Below, piece after piece: positions 56,387 to 64,000 of a stretch of 64,000 bases of DNA (within the stretch, counting starts at the first letter, position 1; every line of letters starts with the position of its first letter). Location: IMG/VR virus record IMGVR_UViG_3300008120_000033; one strand, given 5' to 3'. This DNA comes from an uncultured virus (IMG/VR IMGVR_UViG_3300008120_000033) (lineage: Duplodnaviria > Heunggongvirae > Uroviricota > Caudoviricetes). The notes under the pieces were generated by a model that made no database searches, was not told where the DNA came from, and worked only from the letters and a program-made list of their open reading frames with translations. The translations under genes were made by a program, and so were the position numbers.

Positions 56387-56555
56387 TGACATTGTGACCC
56401 GACTACGGAACATCGCTGCCTTGCGTGGGAACTTGGGTGGGAATATTATTCCATTCGCCTGCGTTGAAGCCGCCGATGAGATTGAACGCCTACGGACAGA
56501 GCTGGTGCAGGCCAATAATCAAATAAGGCTACTAATCGCAATAGAAACCGCATGA
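56379..56555 (+). CDS. DIVTRLR-family small protein 4
   Basis: GTG start; DDIVTRLR..AADEIERLR. Confidence 0.65.
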   Translation: MPDDIVTRLRNIAALRGNLGGNIIPFACVEAADEIERLRTELVQANNQIRLLIAIETA

Positions 56556-57010
56556 CCAATAATACAATTCTTCCACACGAACAAAAGTGGATGAGGGTTC
56601 TCGATGGAGCTGCCAAAGAGTTTTCTACCTGTGCCAAAAGGCAATATGCCGCCGTCGTGGTCGCTCCAAATAAGCGCGTTGTTGGCTTTGGCTACAATGG
56701 TTCGCCGCCGGGAGTGGCCCACTGCAACGAAGGCGCCTGTCCACGTCTCCACGAGGACTCTGCTTCCGGTTCGGCTTACGATAACTGCATTTCCCAGCAC
56801 GCCGAAGCCGGGGCCCTTCTGTGGTCCGACCCAGGCCTAAGACTGGGTTCAACCCTGATAATCAACGGCTCACCTTGTATGGGCTGTGCAAAATTAATCG
56901 CTTCTTCGGGGGTTAAAAGGGTTGTATACAGGCTTGACCCGTCATACAATCAGCTCCCTGTGGTATTAAATCTACTGAATGAAGCCGGAATAGAGTACGT
57001 TTCTGCATAA
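56552..57010 (+). CDS. dCMP deaminase
   Basis: STC.KR, GYNG.P.G..HC, HAE, PCMGC. Confidence 0.9.
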   Translation: MTNNTILPHEQKWMRVLDGAAKEFSTCAKRQYAAVVVAPNKRVVGFGYNGSPPGVAHCNEGACPRLHEDSASGSAYDNCISQHAEAGALLWSDPGLRLGSTLIINGSPCMGCAKLIASSGVKRVVYRLDPSYNQLPVVLNLLNEAGIEYVSA

Positions 57011-57015
57011 AACTG

Positions 57016-57088
57016 GCCCCTATAGCTCAGTTGGTAGAGCAGCGGACTTTTAATCCGTGGGTCGCAGGTTCGAGCCCTGCTGGGGGTA
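57016..57088 (+). tRNA. tRNA-Lys(TTT)
   Basis: CT-TTT-AA loop, GTTCGA. Confidence 0.92.
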
Positions 57089-57158
57089 CCGTGACGGTTG
57101 CAATACTTGGCACATTGTGATAGACACTAAACACAACAATTATCCCAGGAGGGGTACC

Positions 57159-57545
57159 GTGAAAAAGATGGCAACATCACTTCTTATTGGACTTGGCGTT
57201 CTTGCGCTCTCTGCCTGCACGGTGGAGGTGAAAGAGGACTCTGGTAGTAGCCAGCGCCCAACCGCTACCACGGCATACATTCCGCCGTCACAATCAATTG
57301 ACGACCTTTACCTTGAGGTTATTTATGACGAGTACCCGTTCCTGTATTCACAGATGGGTGATTCCGCTCTTCTTCAGTTCGGAAGACTTGCATGCGATTC
57401 AATTGACGAAGGCATGACGCTTGCTGAGCTCGCAATGATGGCAGTAGATGCTTACGCAGACCCAGAAATGGTTGGATTCATTGTCGGGGCGGCAGTGTAT
57501 GCGTACTGTCCAGAAAACGAGTGGTTCCTTCGTAGCGGAGTCTGA
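57159..57545 (+). CDS. DUF732-like lipoprotein
   Basis: Lipobox LSAC; G..AC..I..G..GAAV.AYCPE. Confidence 0.7.
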   Translation: MKKMATSLLIGLGVLALSACTVEVKEDSGSSQRPTATTAYIPPSQSIDDLYLEVIYDEYPFLYSQMGDSALLQFGRLACDSIDEGMTLAELAMMAVDAYADPEMVGFIVGAAVYAYCPENEWFLRSGV

Positions 57546-57550
57546 TTCAA

Positions 57551-58231
57551 ATGTCCTCTGAGGCTTTTGGGTTTGTGCGCCTAGATGGCCACATGGCAGA
57601 CGATATGTCTGTTGTTAACTCGGCCAGGGTTTCTTTCGCGCGAAATTCTGAAATACATGGCGGAATGACTGGCAAGGACAAGGGGCTTATCGGGTTTCTC
57701 ATGCGTGAACGCCATGGGACCCCTTTTGAGCACAACTCATTTCGATTCCATATTAAGTGCCCAATGTTTGTGGCAAGAGAGTGGTTCAGGCATCGCATTG
57801 GCTCATTCAACGAGTTCAGTGCCAGATACTCGGAGGTGCCAAACGATTTCTGGGTACCAGATGAATCATCCATAAGGACGCAGGTTGGCAAACCGGGGGC
57901 CTACACGTTTGAGCAGGTAGACCAGGTAGTCGCAGAACAGGCTGTTGAAATAATCGCCGGCATGAATCAGGCTGCATACAACTCTTATGCACTGCTTCTT
58001 GAGCTTGGCGTGGCGAAGGAAATTGCTCGTAGTGTTTTGCCAGTATCCATGTACACGCAGTTCTACTGGACAGTAAATGCCCGCTCTTTAATGAACTTTC
58101 TTTCTTTGAGACTTGATGAAAATGCCCAGGCGGAAATACGCGAATACGCCAAAGAGGTGGAGAAATACTTCGCTGAGACCATGCCTATCACCTATCAAGC
58201 ATGGGTCGATAACAGCAGGGTAGCTCCTTAA
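57551..58231 (+). CDS. thyX: Flavin-dependent thymidylate synthase
   Basis: ARVS, HGTPFEH, REWFRHR..SFNEFSARY, NARSLMNFL.LR, AQ.EIR. Confidence 0.95.
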   Translation: MSSEAFGFVRLDGHMADDMSVVNSARVSFARNSEIHGGMTGKDKGLIGFLMRERHGTPFEHNSFRFHIKCPMFVAREWFRHRIGSFNEFSARYSEVPNDFWVPDESSIRTQVGKPGAYTFEQVDQVVAEQAVEIIAGMNQAAYNSYALLLELGVAKEIARSVLPVSMYTQFYWTVNARSLMNFLSLRLDENAQAEIREYAKEVEKYFAETMPITYQAWVDNSRVAP

Positions 58232-58249
58232 TCGACTAGGCTTATAAAC

Positions 58250-59314
58250 ATGAAGGGCCTAATTCTTGCTGGTGGTCATGGAACCAGACTGCGACCAATA
58301 ACGCACACACGAGCGAAGCAACTCGTTCCAATAGCTAATAAGCCAATAATCCACTACGCCATTGAATCAATGGTTCGGGCCGGCATAAAAGAAATCGGCG
58401 TAATTATTGGCAAGAACGGTGCCGATGTGATTGAGTCACTTCGTAACGGTGAACAATTTGGTGCCGAAATAACTTACATGAAGCAATCAATACCAAGAGG
58501 TCTTGCTGATTGTGTTTCAATAGCTCGTGATTTTCTCGGTGAAGAAAACTTCATCATGTACCTAGGCGACAACATGATTGAGATGGAGTTGTCAACTTTC
58601 ACGGAAACATGGATATCAGAGGGGGCAAAGATACTTCTCTGCCAAGTTGATAATCCAAAGAGCTTCGGTGTTGCCCAGTTTGATGACTCTGGAAAAATTG
58701 TTCGCCTTGTAGAAAAACCGGAATATCCACCATCGGACATGGCTCTTGTCGGCGTATACATGTTTACCCCAGATATTCACGAAGCGGTTGCATCAATTAA
58801 GCCATCAGCGCGCGGAGAACTTGAGATTACCGATGCGATTCAGTGGTTGCTTGATTCGGGTAAGCCAGTATTTCACGAGACACTCTCTGGGTGGTGGATT
58901 GATACTGGCAAGAAAGACTCCCTACTTGAATGCAACCGTCTTGTTCTTGACACAATTGAGCGACACATAGATGGCGATATTGATTTGATGACAGTGCTTG
59001 AGGGGCGCATATCCATTCCGGATGGCGTAACGATTGTCAACTCCAGAATTTCAGGACCGGTAATTATTGGTTCTGGAACGGAAATACGCGACTCTTATAT
59101 TGGTCCATATACGGCAATCGGCTCAAACTGTGAAATCATCAATTCAGAGATTGAAAACTCAGTAGTGATGGACGGAAGCGAAGTAAGAGAAATAAGAAGA
59201 ATGACTGATTCCCTTATTGGTATGAACGCAAGACTTATGCCATCACCAACAAAGCCAAAATCAACACGAATGATGATTGGTGACGACTGCGTAGTGGAGG
59301 TAGCAGACCAATGA
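58250..59314 (+). CDS. rmlA: Glucose-1-phosphate thymidylyltransferase (long form)
   Basis: GLILAGGHGTRLRPIT..KQL.P, YLGDN, VEKP, RGELEITD. Confidence 0.93.
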   Translation: MKGLILAGGHGTRLRPITHTRAKQLVPIANKPIIHYAIESMVRAGIKEIGVIIGKNGADVIESLRNGEQFGAEITYMKQSIPRGLADCVSIARDFLGEENFIMYLGDNMIEMELSTFTETWISEGAKILLCQVDNPKSFGVAQFDDSGKIVRLVEKPEYPPSDMALVGVYMFTPDIHEAVASIKPSARGELEITDAIQWLLDSGKPVFHETLSGWWIDTGKKDSLLECNRLVLDTIERHIDGDIDLMTVLEGRISIPDGVTIVNSRISGPVIIGSGTEIRDSYIGPYTAIGSNCEIINSEIENSVVMDGSEVREIRRMTDSLIGMNARLMPSPTKPKSTRMMIGDDCVVEVADQ

Positions 59315-59877
59315 TGAGAGTAGATTCAGAAATAATCAATGGTGTATCAATCATTATCCCGGATGTATTCCAGGACGAAAGAGGATGCTTCATAGAGACA
59401 TATAGAAGAGAATGGTTTCCTAATTCCCGCGAAATGATTCAAGGAAATCGCGCAGACAGGGCATATGGTTCTGTCGTTGGTCTTCATTATCACCTTCACC
59501 AAGCAGATTACTGGTATGTGCCTTTTGGTTCTTGCCGAATAGTGCTTCACGACCTACGCGTAGGGTCATCGACAAAAGGCAGAACGCTTATTATGGATGT
59601 TGGCGCACCAATCGATGGACCCGGACTTCATAACCACAGTGGCGTGTACATCCCACCAGGTGTTGCTCATGGATTTTCTGCCCTTACAGATATGACAATC
59701 ACGTACATGGTTGATGGTTACTACAACAAGCACGATGAACTTGGTGTTGCTTGGGATGACCCAGCGATAAACGCTCAATGGGGTGTTAAGTATCCGATTC
59801 TTTCTAAAAGGGATATGAACAATCCTCGTATTGACGAAATTCCCGAGCGTTTAATGCCGCATTTCGGTTTGCGCTGA
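59311..59877 (+). CDS. rmlC: dTDP-4-dehydrorhamnose 3,5-epimerase
   Basis: DERG.F.E, GLHYH, DLR..S, YIPPGVAHGF, WDDP, LSKRD. Confidence 0.9.
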   Translation: MMRVDSEIINGVSIIIPDVFQDERGCFIETYRREWFPNSREMIQGNRADRAYGSVVGLHYHLHQADYWYVPFGSCRIVLHDLRVGSSTKGRTLIMDVGAPIDGPGLHNHSGVYIPPGVAHGFSALTDMTITYMVDGYYNKHDELGVAWDDPAINAQWGVKYPILSKRDMNNPRIDEIPERLMPHFGLR

Positions 59878-59878
59878 A

Positions 59879-60847
59879 ATGAAACAACTAGTAACCGGCG
59901 GAGCTGGCTTTATTGGCTCAAGCTACGCACGCCATGTGTTAAAAAATACAGACGATGAAGTTGTCGTATACGACGCGCTCACCTATGCCGGAAACATGTC
60001 TACAATGATTGACCTAAGGGATGATAAGAGGTTTTCCTTCGTCCATGGAAACATATGCGACCCATCATCACTATGGGAAGCAATGAAGCAGTGTGATGTT
60101 GTTGTTCATTTTGCAGCAGAAAGCCATGTTGATAGGTCAATAAGTGGCTCTGATGATTTCATACTTACCAATTGTTTTGGAACAAACGTAGTGATGAATA
60201 CGGCACTTGCTGTTGGTATCGAAAAAGTTATCCATATAGGTACAGACGAGGTTTATGGCTCAGTAGATGTCGGTTCATCGCTGGAGTCGGACCCACTTGA
60301 GCCACGGTCTCCATACTCAGCATCAAAAGCCGGTTCTGACCTCATAGCTCTTTCATATCACCACACACACGGGCTTCCGGTAACAGTCACTCGGTGTACG
60401 AACAATTTTGGACCGTTTCAATATCCAGAAAAAGCAATACCGCTATTTGTGACCAACCTGCTAGAAGGAAAAAACATTCCACTATATGGGGACGGGCTAA
60501 ACGAGAGAGACTGGCTATTTGTAGACGACCATTGCTCTGGAATTCTTCTAGTGCTAAACAAGGGTCTAGATGGAGAGATTTATAACATTGGCGCCGGAAA
60601 CGAAACGCCAAACATCGAACTAGTGATGAAAATACTTGAGCTAACGGATTTTGGTGAAGACAAAATTTCATATGTCGAAGACAGAAAGGGTCATGACCGA
60701 AGATACTCCGTCGACATTCAAAAAATTTCCGACCTTGGCTGGAGGCGTTCTCGTTCGCTAGATGAAGCTCTTGCCGAAACAGTTGGGTGGTATATAAATA
60801 ACAAGTGGTGGTGGGAGCCACTCAAGAAAAAAGAAGGAATAAAGTGA
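59879..60847 (+). CDS. rmlB: dTDP-glucose 4,6-dehydratase
   Basis: VTGGAGFIGS, HFAAESHVDRS, TDEVYG, YSASK, RDWL.V.DH. Confidence 0.95.
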   Translation: MKQLVTGGAGFIGSSYARHVLKNTDDEVVVYDALTYAGNMSTMIDLRDDKRFSFVHGNICDPSSLWEAMKQCDVVVHFAAESHVDRSISGSDDFILTNCFGTNVVMNTALAVGIEKVIHIGTDEVYGSVDVGSSLESDPLEPRSPYSASKAGSDLIALSYHHTHGLPVTVTRCTNNFGPFQYPEKAIPLFVTNLLEGKNIPLYGDGLNERDWLFVDDHCSGILLVLNKGLDGEIYNIGAGNETPNIELVMKILELTDFGEDKISYVEDRKGHDRRYSVDIQKISDLGWRRSRSLDEALAETVGWYINNKWWWEPLKKKEGIK

Positions 60848-61704
60848 GAGTTCTTGTAACTGGCGCTAATGGTCAGCTCGGCAGTGAAGTTGTTGCCGAG
60901 TGTCTCGCTAATGGTGACGAAGTTATCCCAATGACGAGAGAAGATGCCGACCTAGCAGACTTGCTAGCTGTGGGTAAATTTATCCAGGAACTTAGACCGA
61001 CTCATATTATTCACTGTGCAGCAATGACCGGTGTCGATAAGTGTGAAACATACTCAAGGGAAGCAGTGAGAATAAACACTCTTGCCACTGACATGATTGT
61101 TAGAACGGCCTATGAAATAGGGGCTCACGTCACATACATCTCAACAGACTACGTATTTAGTGGTAGACAAGATGAACCATACGTCGAGAGCGACAGTCAA
61201 TTCCCAATAAACAAGTACGGTATAACCAAGAAAAACGGAGAGCTTGTTCTTCGCCCAACAGATGCAATCGTTCGAGTCTCATGGTTATTTGGCCCAAATG
61301 GAAATAACATCGTAAAGACTGTTCTAAATCTCTGCAAAACCCAGGACGAGCTTAGATTCGTGGATGACCAAATAGGCAATCCCACGTATGCGCCAGATGC
61401 CGCACGAGTTATTTCGAAAATATCCCGCAATAACATGGTGGGGATTTTTCACGTAACAAATGAAGGCTCAGTGTCGTGGTACGAATTTGTACGCGACCTA
61501 CTCGATATTGCTGAAGTAAAGCATGTTGTTCTCAAGCCCGTCTCGAGCGTCGACATGCGTGTGTCTGGCTCAGCACTAAGACCGAAGAATTCAGTGCTCG
61601 CCAATACGAGACTTACTCCCGAAGCTGGATTTGAGCCGATGCCCCACTACAGGAACGCCCTCCAGAGAATGGTCGACGAACTTGCTGCTAGAGGAAGTAT
61701 CTAG
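60844..61704 (+). CDS. rmlD: dTDP-4-dehydrorhamnose reductase
   Basis: VTGANGQLG, ISTDYVF.G, YGITK, VDDQIG.PT, SWYEF; start GTG 60844. Confidence 0.93.
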   Translation: MRVLVTGANGQLGSEVVAECLANGDEVIPMTREDADLADLLAVGKFIQELRPTHIIHCAAMTGVDKCETYSREAVRINTLATDMIVRTAYEIGAHVTYISTDYVFSGRQDEPYVESDSQFPINKYGITKKNGELVLRPTDAIVRVSWLFGPNGNNIVKTVLNLCKTQDELRFVDDQIGNPTYAPDAARVISKISRNNMVGIFHVTNEGSVSWYEFVRDLLDIAEVKHVVLKPVSSVDMRVSGSALRPKNSVLANTRLTPEAGFEPMPHYRNALQRMVDELAARGSI

Positions 61705-62567
61705 TTAGAGAACCAGACCAGGTTTTCTGCAGCCATTAAGACCTTTGCAACAATATCCTGCTGAGTTAACGGCTTCTCCGGAACACCAGCTTTCGTAAGT
61801 CCCCAGTAATTTAGGCCCTCGATGTGCTTCTTCCTAGTTGCATCATCATAAACGCCAGTTGGGGTCTTCATACCCATAAGCACCTGAAGGTCTAGAACAG
61901 CAACTGACTTCTCGCCCCACTCGTACTTAATAAGCATCAACTTATCTGGGTCGTCGTAATGGAATAGCTGTTTTGGCTTTCCTCCAGCACAAGGCAGTGC
62001 GCCCCAGCCGCCAAAGCCAACTGGTTCTTTCTTGTAGTGATAAATCTGTGGGACACCATGGCGCTCGGCAAATTCCCGCCCACGGTCAACTACTACTTCC
62101 CAACCCCAAAGAGCAATGCGATTCCCTACAAGAATCTGCTGCTCCTTTGTGGCTTCCTGTGGAGTGGGGGCAAATTCCTCACCACCCCAGCGCTCCCATG
62201 TGCCCATCTGGCCCTGTCCAAGGACACCCTTAGCAAATGTGCCGGTATTCATGATTCCGACACCACCACTAAAGCGTCCACCGTTCTGCCAATTGCTGCC
62301 AGTCTCGCAGCGGGCCAGCTCGTCCCAGAACTCGATTCTGGGCTTTGGCCTGTCCGTCTTTGTTAGCTGATTGCGGTCGTAAAGACCTGCTTCCAGAGCC
62401 GGGGACTCGGGCTCCTCTTTCGGAACCTCGGCTTTTTTAACCATCTCAGTATTGCTATTCACCCCCTCATTCTTTGCTTCCGTTTCTGTCTGTGGCCAGA
62501 AGGACCAGCCGACCAGCAACGGAATAAGGGCATATATGGCAATGGAATAGAGACGGTTAGTCTGCAT
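61701..62567 (-). CDS. Membrane-anchored/secreted Rpf-like lytic transglycosylase
   Basis: WDELARCETGSNW, TW...GG..AP.P..AT.EQQI; N-terminal hydrophobic helix. Confidence 0.8.
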   Translation of the reverse strand: MQTNRLYSIAIYALIPLLVGWSFWPQTETEAKNEGVNSNTEMVKKAEVPKEEPESPALEAGLYDRNQLTKTDRPKPRIEFWDELARCETGSNWQNGGRFSGGVGIMNTGTFAKGVLGQGQMGTWERWGGEEFAPTPQEATKEQQILVGNRIALWGWEVVVDRGREFAERHGVPQIYHYKKEPVGFGGWGALPCAGGKPKQLFHYDDPDKLMLIKYEWGEKSVAVLDLQVLMGMKTPTGVYDDATRKKHIEGLNYWGLTKAGVPEKPLTQQDIVAKVLMAAENLVWFSN

Positions 62568-62837
62568 TGGTTTTTCCTGACCTCGGTGGATAAGACGCTC
62601 GTGTTAGTAGCCGGAGCACCCGATATCTGGGGTACATCTATTTTACCCCCAACATCCCAAAAAGTGCAAACAACCCCCTAGCCCGCGCCCCCCGCCGGCC
62701 GCCGCAACCCCAATAAAAGCAACGCTTTTAGAACAAAGCTGTATACCCAAAAAAATTTTTGGGAACGACCCTCTTTTTTGGATAAATTTATCCGGGAACC
62801 CTGTACATGCTCATATATTTGCGTTACCCTAAATCCC

Positions 62838-63131
62838 ATGACTACATATTCCACCGACTATGAATTCGACCCCATCGGAGAGAGCTTCAAATACAAAGAG
62901 TCAATGGTCTTTGTGACAAACGACAACAGTGAATGGTTGGTCGTTTTTGATGGTGAAAGGGCCTACCTCTACAGGATGGAACGCACAGAATCTGGCGGCG
63001 ACAAAATCGCGCGGCACTATGCAAGCTTCCTTGCTTCAGGAAACGAGTATTTCGAGTTCCTAAACGACCGCTCTGGAACGATGGTGAATTTCGCGCGGCG
63101 CTTATTATCTTCTGTCTCTTCCACGAGCTAG
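62838..63131 (+). CDS. Hypothetical protein
   Basis: ATG 7 nt after TACCCT. Confidence 0.55.
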   Translation: MTTYSTDYEFDPIGESFKYKESMVFVTNDNSEWLVVFDGERAYLYRMERTESGGDKIARHYASFLASGNEYFEFLNDRSGTMVNFARRLLSSVSSTS

Positions 63132-63267
63132 AACGCTGTTAAGACGGTCCAGTAAGGCTAGAGAGCCACTCTGGGGAACCGATTACAGGTACATACCCCC
63201 GGGTACGAACACCAGAAGCAACAGCAACAGAATAATCAAACAAACAATCAACACATCAATTAGCTCG

Positions 63268-63477
63268 TCAGCCATCCATGCGTTCCATGACGAACGAAGC
63301 AATCATGGGGTCAATCTTGTCCCTGTGAAACGGGTCATGCACATGACCTCTTACCTCTACTGCGATGTCTGGAGCCACCTCGTGGAGGACGTTAAAGAAG
63401 GCCTGCCCGAGTGGCCATTCGCCGGCCATCGAATCATGCTTTTCGTGAACAAGGGCAAGAAACTCGTCGTATGTCAT
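63268..63477 (-). CDS. Small phage protein
   Basis: W.LGQAFFN.L..P..A..G...DPF; ATG 6 nt after TACCAT. Confidence 0.7.
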   Translation of the reverse strand: MTYDEFLALVHEKHDSMAGEWPLGQAFFNVLHEVAPDIAVEVRGHVHDPFHRDKIDPMIASFVMERMDG

Positions 63478-63654
63478 GGGGTCATGGTATCGCCGGCCGC
63501 GACCATATTGCCGGCTCCTAGGGCAGGTTTGGATAAATTTAAGTGAAGTAATTTGGAGTCCAAAATTTCTGTAGTAGCTGGCCACCGGTTGGGGGGTGCC
63601 AGTGAAAGTAGGCGGGGCTCACAGCGCGTGGGGTCGGCATCTACGCAATGATGG

Positions 63655-64000
63655 ACTGTCACGCAGTGTGTCACGGGGTGAGCGCAACGCACACGCACAC
63701 GCAATGCGCACACACACGCATACGCAACGCAGTAGCAACGCACACGCAATGCGCAACGATTACGAAAGTGTGTCAAGCAGTGTGTTACACACGCACACAC
63801 GCACGCCGTTGTAAGTGTGATGCGAACACACACGCAAGCAAGCGACAAGCAAACACACAAAGTGTAAGTGAGTGTGTGTGAAGTGTTGAGAGACAAGCAG
63901 TGTGAGTGTGTTACGCACAAGCAGTGAGCAAGGCTAGCGATACAGTGAGCAATGCGTCAGTGAGTAGGTGAGTCACTATCGTGCTCGTTGTCATAAGTAC
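63655..64000. repeat. Low-complexity CA/CG/TG-rich non-coding tract
   Basis: Imperfect repeats of ACACGC, GCAATGCGCA and CAAGCAGTG; continues to window end. Confidence 0.8.

Larger units (their letters stand above)
55255..56407 (+). repeat. Four identical 22-bp copies of ATGACATTGTGACCCGACTACG
   Basis: 55255-55276, 55720-55741, 55947-55968, 56386-56407. Confidence 0.92.

Noticed and set aside
55255..56407. 22-bp repeats as a CRISPR array
   Set aside because: Spacing is 200-470 bp and irregular, repeats are in-frame coding starts, and no cas operon is present
57083..57162. 12-bp direct repeat GGGGTACCGTGA at tRNA-Lys 3' end as an att site
   Set aside because: Copies only 68 bp apart, no integrase in window; second copy is the SD/start of the next gene
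62568..62650. c-di-AMP riboswitch upstream of the Rpf-like gene
   Set aside because: Leader too short and I could not find the ydaO consensus
63474..63920. Cys/Val-rich and His/Thr-rich ORFs
   Set aside because: Translation artefacts of the CA/TG low-complexity tract
1..64000. Stop-codon reassignment or diversity-generating retroelement
   Set aside because: Genes are full length in the standard code, no suppressor tRNA, and no reverse transcriptase seen

Overview
A 64-kb segment of a large dsDNA tailed bacteriophage with an HK97-type head, almost certainly infecting an actinobacterium (WhiB, Rpf-like transglycosylase, LPXTG protein, many leaderless genes). Left end (minus strand): ParB-like, RuvC, HNH, RecB/Cas4-like nuclease, Rad52/Sak annealing protein and terminase large subunit. 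Plus strand 5.5-33.3 kb: a greatly expanded head module with portal, a 2967-aa prohead protease fused to ArdC/zincin/UvrD-helicase cargo, a 2070-aa multidomain protein, several accessory proteins and the major capsid protein. Then class II ribonucleotide reductase, WhiB, primase-helicase, a third 1210-aa multidomain protein, SSB, 10 tRNAs plus one atypical tRNA-like element, secreted phosphoesterases, an LPXTG surface protein, a repeat-linked array of small genes, dCMP deaminase, thyX, a complete rmlACBD operon and a CA/TG-rich non-coding end. Best candidate for an undescribed system: three giant head-associated proteins whose enzyme modules are bracketed by a recurring LSSG motif (11 exact copies, varied codons). 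They share an N-terminal EEK-[SA]-[IL]-G signal, and a T-TTA-A(9) slippery site sits exactly where the prohead protease part meets its cargo. This suggests protease-processed, virion-loaded polyproteins. All family assignments come from motif recognition, not database searches.
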